This document shows positions 28,165-34,664 of a stretch of 40,595 nt of DNA, in pieces. Under the pieces are notes generated by a model, which was not told the origin of the DNA, searched no databases, and was given only the letters and a program-made list of their open reading frames with translations. Source of the DNA: an uncultured Flavobacteriales bacterium (GTDB lineage: Bacteria; Bacteroidota; Bacteroidia; Flavobacteriales; UBA7430); contig CAWVTK010000001.1 in assembly GCA_963933205.1 (NCBI GenBank), forward strand, positions 1 to 40,595. The letters are read 5' to 3'. Position numbers and translations under genes: made by a program. Every line of letters starts with the position of its first letter. Positions within the stretch are counted from its first letter, which is position 1.

Positions 28165-30294
28165 ATGAAAAAATTAGTAATTTTTTGTGCAATTATATCC
28201 CTCTTTTCAAGTACTAGCTTATTTGCTCAATGCGAAGCAGACCATACTGTATTTTTAAGTAACTTCGAATTTGCACCTTCCCAATTGGTTGTTTTGCCAG
28301 GAGAGTCAGTAGGTTTCTATAATCTAGAGGGTACTCATAATGTTAACGGCATTGTAAATTCCGTAACCGAAGAACCCTTTAATAATCCAACTGACTTTTT
28401 TCTCGATCAAACTATTGGCAGCGAAGAAGGCGTATGCATGGGAACAATCGTACTAGAAACGCCAGGTGTTTACAATTTTGACTGCAGCCTAAACTTTAAT
28501 GCTTTAAATGGAATGAATCTTTCCATTACGGTTGATGCATTTGATTTAAACGAACAGTTTCTCGAACTGCAAAACAATCCCGATGTTTCGGTCTTTAACT
28601 CTTACTACGCTTTCCAATCTTTTACACCTACATTCTTAACAAGTGAGGGGCCATGGACGCTTTTTGTTCCTAATGATGCAGCTGTATCTGAAATCCTCGA
28701 ATACATGAACTTGGGTCAGTTTGATGCTCTAGGTATTCCCGACTTTCCAGAAATAATGCAATTCCATATTGCCGATGGTTTGTATATGGCTGAGGATTTG
28801 ACGGACGGTTTGGTACTAAACTCTGTACAGGGTCAAACTTTAAATATTTCAGAAAACCAGGGCAATGTTTTTGTTGAAAACGCACAAATTATTAGCACCA
28901 ATTACACAGCATACAATGGCGTTATACATGTTATAGATCAATGTCTTGCTCCAGATAGCCTTCCTGGCGCACATGTAATGCAGGTGATCGCAGAAAGTCC
29001 GAACCACCAAATTTTTGAAGACGCAATTATTGCAGCAAGTTTAGACGATGAACTTTCTTTTCAAGGAACCATAGACGATTCTTTCGATGGTCCGGGCCCT
29101 TGGACTGTTTTTGCGCCTACCGATGAGGCTTTCCAGATTTTTGCGGATGAGATGGATTGGACTATTGATGAATTACTTAACTCTCAGTTTTTATACAATA
29201 TTGTAAATCAACATGTTGTAAATGGCTGTGTTAATAATTTTAATCCGCCCAATGAAATCGACGATGATTGTAACGGCGGATTAAGTGATGCCATTACGAG
29301 TTCTATTATATACGGGGGTACGGTTGCTTCAAATCTTGAGGGAGATCCTATTCAGTTTTCTACTAATGATAACGATAGTACGATTACTGTTATTGGAATT
29401 CAAAATGCTGTGGATATAATAGTAAGCGACTTATTTGCTTACAATGGCGTTGTTCATGTAGTTGATGCTGTACTTAAGCCTAAAATACCAACGCAAGAAG
29501 GCTCTTGTGGATTGTGGCGATTAGAACTGCAGAGTTCCGACCCAGAAGGATGGCAAGGTTCTTCCGTATACTTAATAGTGAACTCTATTGTACTAGAAAC
29601 AGTTACCATTTTCGATGGGAATTCTCAAACCTATGAATTTGCTCTTGATAGCGGCGATGTTGTCGATCTTTTGTATAACGCCAACGGAGGAAGCTCTTCT
29701 GACCATTCATATAAATTATACGATGCAGACAACTCAATACTAGTTCAAACAAGTGGAAATTCCAATAATTACGGCCCTTCCAGTTTTTATGGGGTAGATG
29801 CATGTCCAACACCAGTAGCAAACGATTCAATTTGCGGCGAAATCACTATAAAATTGTTTAATGATTATGGTATTGGTTGGTTGGCAAGTTCTCTGGAAGT
29901 TTTCAGAAACGGTGCTTTAGACATTTCATTACTAATGCCTCTTGGTTATGGGCCGCAAATAACTACCATCAGCTCTAACTATAATGATAGTTTTGATTTT
30001 ATTGTAAATAGTAACACTCCATACCCAGAAGAAATTGGCTACCAAGTTTTTGATGTTTCAGGTGCGCTTGTTGTAAATGAAAACAACTTTAATGTTGCGC
30101 CTCAAAGTACAACAGATCTCGTTTTTTGCGAATCGGAAGAGGGTGGAGTTGGACTAAGTGAGCTCGAAATGAAACAAGGGCGTTTGGTTAAAATGATTGA
30201 TGTTTTAGGAAGAGAACACACAAGACATGTAAAAGGAACCATTCTTTTTTATATGTACGACAATGGAAGGGTAGAGAAACGATTGAACCTATAA
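28165..30294 (+). CDS. Secreted protein with a cupredoxin-like N-domain, two FAS1 (fasciclin) domains, two degenerate GW (module D-like) units and a short T9SS-tail-like C-terminus
   Basis: The track ORF begins at 28084 (TTG/ATG). The internal ATG at 28165 gives a canonical signal peptide MKKLVIFCAIISLFSSTSLFAQ and sits 8 nt after a CCCCC tract. FAS1 hallmarks are WTLFVPNDAAVSE...YNGVIHVIDQCLAP and WTVFAPTDEAFQ...YNGVVHVVDAVLKP. The C-terminus is ...LVKMIDVLGREHTRHVKGTILFYMYDNGRVEKRLNL. Confidence 0.85.
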   Translation: MKKLVIFCAIISLFSSTSLFAQCEADHTVFLSNFEFAPSQLVVLPGESVGFYNLEGTHNVNGIVNSVTEEPFNNPTDFFLDQTIGSEEGVCMGTIVLETPGVYNFDCSLNFNALNGMNLSITVDAFDLNEQFLELQNNPDVSVFNSYYAFQSFTPTFLTSEGPWTLFVPNDAAVSEILEYMNLGQFDALGIPDFPEIMQFHIADGLYMAEDLTDGLVLNSVQGQTLNISENQGNVFVENAQIISTNYTAYNGVIHVIDQCLAPDSLPGAHVMQVIAESPNHQIFEDAIIAASLDDELSFQGTIDDSFDGPGPWTVFAPTDEAFQIFADEMDWTIDELLNSQFLYNIVNQHVVNGCVNNFNPPNEIDDDCNGGLSDAITSSIIYGGTVASNLEGDPIQFSTNDNDSTITVIGIQNAVDIIVSDLFAYNGVVHVVDAVLKPKIPTQEGSCGLWRLELQSSDPEGWQGSSVYLIVNSIVLETVTIFDGNSQTYEFALDSGDVVDLLYNANGGSSSDHSYKLYDADNSILVQTSGNSNNYGPSSFYGVDACPTPVANDSICGEITIKLFNDYGIGWLASSLEVFRNGALDISLLMPLGYGPQITTISSNYNDSFDFIVNSNTPYPEEIGYQVFDVSGALVVNENNFNVAPQSTTDLVFCESEEGGVGLSELEMKQGRLVKMIDVLGREHTRHVKGTILFYMYDNGRVEKRLNL
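28603..29481 (+). other. Two tandem FAS1 (fasciclin-1) domains, about 28603-28953 and 28972-29481
   Basis: Both the H1-like motifs (T(L/V)F(V/A)P(N/T)D(A/E)A(V/F)) and the H2-like motifs (YNGV(I/V)HV(I/V)D.(C/V)L.P) are present in each copy. Confidence 0.85.
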
Positions 30295-30307
30295 ACAAGG
30301 GTGTAAA

Positions 30308-31453
30308 TTAGAGTGAAGTAATCCTTTTAAACAGTGCTTTGGAAAATTTGATGGAGGGTACTGAAAGTATAATTTTAAGGTCTTCTAGTAAAGTAGAGTC
30401 TTCATCTAAAAATTTTAGAATTGTTTGAACGTTCACACATTCAAACATACTAGAAAAAACCTTGGAGCCTAGCGCATTGTTTTGAGAAAGTACATCTAAA
30501 AACAATAAATCATACAACTGGTGTTTAGACTTCTTTTTAAAGGACCTCAAGTCATTAGAGTTTTTTATAAAGCCTATTAAGTCTTTTGTTTTTTTAGAGC
30601 TGTTGGCAAATGTATAGCCTGTGCTGGCTTTTGTCCATCCTCCAGCAGTACCAATATTTAAAACGTTTTTTTTGTTTTCATTAGCAAAAGGATATACCGT
30701 CATAGGAATGCTGCCTTGTTCCTTTTCAAGAATAGTGTAATTGTGTATGTTTTTTTGCTTAAGATAATTTTTTATAGCCTTTTCATATGCATCCTTACTA
30801 AGCAGCTGTTCAGAAAAAAGAGTGTACTCAAATAAAGCTTCTCTTTTACTAGTTGGTAATACGTACATAAAACGCGTATTTCCTTTTTGCTCTAGGTTAA
30901 AATCCATAAAGGTGGCTGTATCGTCTTCAAATTCATCGCTTTCAGTTTTAATAAACCACCCGATAAAGTGCTGCTTTAGTACAGGGTACTTTTTTTGACT
31001 TAAATAAGTTTTGTTTAACGGAATACTGTTAAATACTTGCTTTGCACAATATGTTTTTGAACTGCAACGAACCTCCACCTCATGTTCTGAAGAATATATA
31101 TTATTTACTTCATCTTGTTGGAATGTAAAGTTTTCTTTACTCAAAATAAACAGCCAGAGCTTTTGGTAAAAAGCAGCACTCCTAATCATTTTGTAGTTGT
31201 ACTGCCCTAAAGGTATTTTTTTAGTTTTTCCTTGTGCGCCAAAATAAATTTGATTCCACTCTTTAACTACTAAAGAGTCCCATTCGCCCATTCCTTTTTC
31301 CCAAAAGCACCAGGTTCTATCGTCGCCTTTGTTTTGTTTTTTATCTACTATGCGTATCGATTTATTGGCAAAGAAAGGATCCTTCGCCATTCTGTAGGCA
31401 AGCATTAATCCCGAAGCACCCGCTCCTAGTATAAGATAGTCTGTAGATTTCAT
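30308..31453 (-). CDS. crtY: Lycopene cyclase family protein (CrtY type, FAD-dependent)
   Basis: 381 aa. N-terminal dinucleotide-binding motif DYLILGAGASGLMLAYRM, then DDRTWCFWEKG, which is typical of the bacterial lycopene cyclase family. It is the last gene of a coupled crtI operon, with its ATG abutting the upstream stop. Confidence 0.8.
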   Translation of the reverse strand: MKSTDYLILGAGASGLMLAYRMAKDPFFANKSIRIVDKKQNKGDDRTWCFWEKGMGEWDSLVVKEWNQIYFGAQGKTKKIPLGQYNYKMIRSAAFYQKLWLFILSKENFTFQQDEVNNIYSSEHEVEVRCSSKTYCAKQVFNSIPLNKTYLSQKKYPVLKQHFIGWFIKTESDEFEDDTATFMDFNLEQKGNTRFMYVLPTSKREALFEYTLFSEQLLSKDAYEKAIKNYLKQKNIHNYTILEKEQGSIPMTVYPFANENKKNVLNIGTAGGWTKASTGYTFANSSKKTKDLIGFIKNSNDLRSFKKKSKHQLYDLLFLDVLSQNNALGSKVFSSMFECVNVQTILKFLDEDSTLLEDLKIILSVPSIKFSKALFKRITSL

Positions 31454-32095
31454 TTATATAAAAAGAAATATAGTAAAAAACACAAACATACTTGCCAAAA
31501 CATGCATAGAGATTCGTTTGTTTGTTTTTATTTCGAAATGTTGATAAGCAAGATGGGCTACAAAAGAGATGCAGATCCAAGCGATGTAATTTTGAATGGG
31601 AACCTCAGCTCCTTCGAATTCCCAAAAATCAAATCTAGGAGCTGATACTTCAATAATGGCATCTAACAAGGTCATGAAAAGAGCGCCTAAAAAAGCGCGT
31701 ACATAAAGCCTGTTGGAAATTTTTTTAGCCAAATCGGCTGTAATAATAGTGAGCATTATCCAGTTAATACATATCATAAAAGGTACGCCAACAATTTTAT
31801 AACCTAAATTAGCACCGTATGCATAGCTCCCGAATAGGAGTCCATAGTTTACTCCCAAAGCTTCGGTACCAAAACCCAAAAAGAAGGGTATAGAGAATGC
31901 TAAGAGTGTTTTTTTATTGATGGTTTCTACATGAATTACGAGTACCACAAAGCTGATAAATAGGTTTAATGGAGTAAGCGCTAAAAACCAATCGCTTGCT
32001 GGAGATAGTATACCAAGGATACCCGACACAGTAAAGAGCCAAAGCAATAGTATGGATAGTTTTGTTTTTGAACTCATTTTAGTGTTTGTTTTCAA
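31454..32095 (-). CDS. Polytopic membrane protein of the carotenoid biosynthesis protein (DUF422/CruF-like) type
   Basis: 213 aa, almost entirely hydrophobic helices. It overlaps the crtI stop by 17 nt, or starts at the alternative Met7 (complement of 32075-32077) just after it. It abuts the crtY start. The family assignment comes from memory of gene context and size, not from a search. Confidence 0.6.
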   Translation of the reverse strand: MKTNTKMSSKTKLSILLLWLFTVSGILGILSPASDWFLALTPLNLFISFVVLVIHVETINKKTLLAFSIPFFLGFGTEALGVNYGLLFGSYAYGANLGYKIVGVPFMICINWIMLTIITADLAKKISNRLYVRAFLGALFMTLLDAIIEVSAPRFDFWEFEGAEVPIQNYIAWICISFVAHLAYQHFEIKTNKRISMHVLASMFVFFTIFLFI

Positions 32096-33554
32096 TTAAG
32101 TCTGCGACTATTTTACCGGACAGTAAACAGAGCGGAATGCCTCCTCCTGGGTGTACGCTTCCGCCACAGAAAAAAAGATTTTGAATGCTATTTTTGAAAT
32201 TAGGATGTCTTAAAAAGGCCGCAAATTTATTGTTGCTGGATGCGCCATACAAAGCTCCTTGGTAACTTTGTGTTCTGGACTCTATAGTTCTTGGGTCTAA
32301 AATAGATTCCTGTTCTATTAGTTTAGAAATATCCTGGTTTAAAAGCCTACTTAGTTTTTTGAGTATGTTTTTTCTTGCCCTCTCAATCAACACATCCCAA
32401 TCTTGTCCTGTGTTGTTTGGAACATTAATCATGGTAAACCAATTTTCGCAGCCTACAGGCGCATCGCTATCCTCTTCTTTAGAACTAATATTTAAATAAA
32501 CAGTTGGATCATCGTCTATCATTTGATCCTCAAAAATTGCGTCAAATTCCTTTTCGTAATTTTCAGAAAAAAAGATGTTGTGCAAGTCCAATTCTGGAAA
32601 TTCTTTTTTAATTCCCCAGTAAAAAATTAAGGCCGAGCTACTTCTTGTTTGATTTAATGTTTTTTCTGGAGCTTTATGCTTGGGAAGTAAACGCCTGTAT
32701 GTAGGTACAATGTCTGCATTGCACACTACAATGTCTGCATTCACTTGTTCGTTTTTAATGCGTAAACCTGTTACTAATTTTCCGCTTGTTAAAATTTCTT
32801 GCACCCTGCTGTTAAAATTAAAATGCACGCCTAAATCTTTTGCGAGTTCAAATAAACTGAGGGTAATTTGATGCATTCCGCCTTTGGGAAAGTAAGTTCC
32901 ATAATGCTGCTCAAGGTGCGGAATCATAGACATTATTCCTGGCGTTTTATAAGGAGAGGAGCCATTATAGGTTGCAAACCTGTTGTAAAACTGTGCCAAT
33001 CTTGGATCCGTAAAAGTATTTTCGTTGAGCGTAGCCAGCGATTTGTTTAAATCTAAAACCCCTAAGTTTAACAAGGCTTTTACAGTACTTGAAGATAAAT
33101 AAGTACTCTTTTTATGAAGTGATTTTTCCAAGAAAAGTGCAGCGGTTAAATCGTATTTTTTTTTACTTCTATTCATATATGAAAGAAGTGTGTTCGCAGA
33201 AACATTAAAGGTTTCGGATGCTTTAGCAATAAACAAACTTTTATCTGCTGGTGCACTAAATACAGTACCATCTTCGTAAAAGTAATTGCAAATAGTTTCT
33301 TTTTTCTTGTAGCTAAAATAGCTGTGTATTGGTTTTTGCGCAAGCTCAAAAAGTTCCTCAACCAATTGAGGCATGGTAAAAAGAGACGGCCCCATGTCAA
33401 ATCTGTAGCCATTTTCTTGAAAAGCGGTAAGTTTTCCTCCAGGATATGAGTTCGCTTCAAAAACACTTACTTTATGCCCTTGAACTCTTAAACGTATTGC
33501 ACTGGCTAAGCCAGCAATACCTGCACCAACAATTGCTACTTTTTTCTTTTCCAT
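32079..33554 (-). CDS. crtI: Phytoene desaturase
   Basis: 491 aa. N-terminal FAD fold KKVAIVGAGIAGLASAIRL and C-terminal FFCGGSVHPGGGIPLCLLSGKIVADLI, both characteristic of CrtI-type desaturases. Confidence 0.9.
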   Translation of the reverse strand: MEKKKVAIVGAGIAGLASAIRLRVQGHKVSVFEANSYPGGKLTAFQENGYRFDMGPSLFTMPQLVEELFELAQKPIHSYFSYKKKETICNYFYEDGTVFSAPADKSLFIAKASETFNVSANTLLSYMNRSKKKYDLTAALFLEKSLHKKSTYLSSSTVKALLNLGVLDLNKSLATLNENTFTDPRLAQFYNRFATYNGSSPYKTPGIMSMIPHLEQHYGTYFPKGGMHQITLSLFELAKDLGVHFNFNSRVQEILTSGKLVTGLRIKNEQVNADIVVCNADIVPTYRRLLPKHKAPEKTLNQTRSSSALIFYWGIKKEFPELDLHNIFFSENYEKEFDAIFEDQMIDDDPTVYLNISSKEEDSDAPVGCENWFTMINVPNNTGQDWDVLIERARKNILKKLSRLLNQDISKLIEQESILDPRTIESRTQSYQGALYGASSNNKFAAFLRHPNFKNSIQNLFFCGGSVHPGGGIPLCLLSGKIVADLIENKH

Positions 33555-33847
33555 GTATAGTGTAAAGATACTTTGAATTAATTTTCTCTAAATCAAATTT
33601 GCCCGTTATTTCAATTATAATTTAAGAACTTATAATTGTTTTTGAGCTTGCTAATTATTTTCGTTTTTAAAAAAATTGACGAATTAAACAGATATTGTAT
33701 GGTTTAATTTAGCAGCATTAAACTAAACGCATGCATACTAGGCTATTTTTCGCTGAACTTAAAGAATTCAGATCTTTTCACCATCCGATAAATACTTTAA
33801 AAACCCTTAAAATGAGCTTTTTAAGCACACCTATTAAGCTTAAATAA

Positions 33848-33881
33848 TTGTATTTTTAATTAACAATTATACATATATTTG
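33848..33881 (+). promoter_or_regulatory. Candidate Bacteroidota sigma-A-type promoter for the 33917/34665 operon
   Basis: TATATTTG (33874-33881) fits the TAnnTTTG -7 consensus and lies 36 nt upstream of the ATG. A TTG at 33848-33850 is a possible -33 element. It overlaps the inverted repeat ATAATTGT (33846-33853) / ACAATTAT (33865-33872). Confidence 0.3.
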
Positions 33882-33916
33882 GGCTTTATTAAGTATTAAT
33901 TTATCCCCTCATAAAA

Positions 33917-34648
33917 ATGAAGAAGTTTTTATTTTCTTTAAGCTTATTGACGTGTTGTAGTCTTTTTGCTCAAACAGCAAATCTAAGTCCTTACCAGCAG
34001 AAAACTATGAATACGGAACGCTTTGCGCGTCCTGTTAATACAGGTTTAAACCACACACTACTTATATTGGGTTCTGCTTGGGAGATTTCTCCAGAAATTG
34101 GCGACGAGATTGCTGTATACGATTCAGAAAACAACATGGTTGCTTCTGTTGCTTGGAGTCCTGAGCAAGAAGGACATGCAGCCTTAGCAATTTGGGGAGA
34201 CGACGAAATGACGTCTGCCAAAGAAGGAATGAATAAAGCAGAGCGTTTTAGAATCGTTTTGTTTGATAAGTCGGAAGATTCCATGACTCAATTGAAAGTA
34301 AATCGTTGGGAGAGAGGACAAGATGTTTTTATAAAAGACGGGGTAAGTGTAGTTGGTTCTATAGAATTTGACAGAGCAATCACCCAAGATTTAGAGTTGT
34401 TTCAAAATGTACCCAATCCAGTAATAGACAATACAAGTATTAGTTTTTTTTTACCAACAGCTGGGAAAGTAAAAGTAACAGTATCTAATACCATGGGACA
34501 GGAAGTTATGGTTTTGGCTAATAAGGAATATGTTAGAGGAGTACATAATTTACAAATGAATGCTTCTAGCCTTGCAACCGGAGTGTATCTTTATAAGCTT
34601 GAAGCGAATGGTGCTTTTATTACCAAGCAGTTAACCTTAATTAAATAA
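33917..34648 (+). CDS. Small secreted protein: module B plus a type-A T9SS C-terminal sorting domain
   Basis: 243 aa. Signal peptide MKKFLFSLSLLTCCSLFAQ. Module B is NTGLNHTLLILGSAWEISPEIGDEIAVYDSENNMVASVAWSP..ALAIWGDDEMTSAKEGM..FRIVLFDKSEDS. The sorting domain (about 34391-34645) is LFQNVPNPVIDNTSISFFLPTAGKVKVTVSNTMGQEVMVL...GVYLYKLEANGAFITKQLTLIK. Confidence 0.88.
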   Translation: MKKFLFSLSLLTCCSLFAQTANLSPYQQKTMNTERFARPVNTGLNHTLLILGSAWEISPEIGDEIAVYDSENNMVASVAWSPEQEGHAALAIWGDDEMTSAKEGMNKAERFRIVLFDKSEDSMTQLKVNRWERGQDVFIKDGVSVVGSIEFDRAITQDLELFQNVPNPVIDNTSISFFLPTAGKVKVTVSNTMGQEVMVLANKEYVRGVHNLQMNASSLATGVYLYKLEANGAFITKQLTLIK

Positions 34649-34664
34649 GACTTTACAAAACACT

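Noticed and set aside
28231-28538. Functional blue-copper (type-1 Cu) protein
   Set aside because: A candidate His (THNVNG), a Cys and a Met are present. The second His expected 2-4 residues after the Cys is missing (CSLNFNALNGM). I therefore call only the fold, not the redox function.
30295-30307. Missing terminator between the convergent genes 28165-30294 and crtY (13-nt gap)
   Set aside because: I noted it as a curiosity. No hairpin can fit in 13 nt, and there is no further signal to analyse. Convergent transcription may simply terminate inside the opposing gene.
31362-33466. Nested or antisense ORFs within the crt operon (31362-31580, 32680-32871, 32868-33050, 33173-33466)
   Set aside because: All overlap well-supported crtI, DUF422-like or crtY frames and encode featureless basic or low-complexity peptides.
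33991-34387. Antisense ORFs (97 aa and 67 aa) inside 33917-34648
   Set aside because: The sense frame carries a signal peptide, module B and a textbook T9SS tail. The antisense products have no features.
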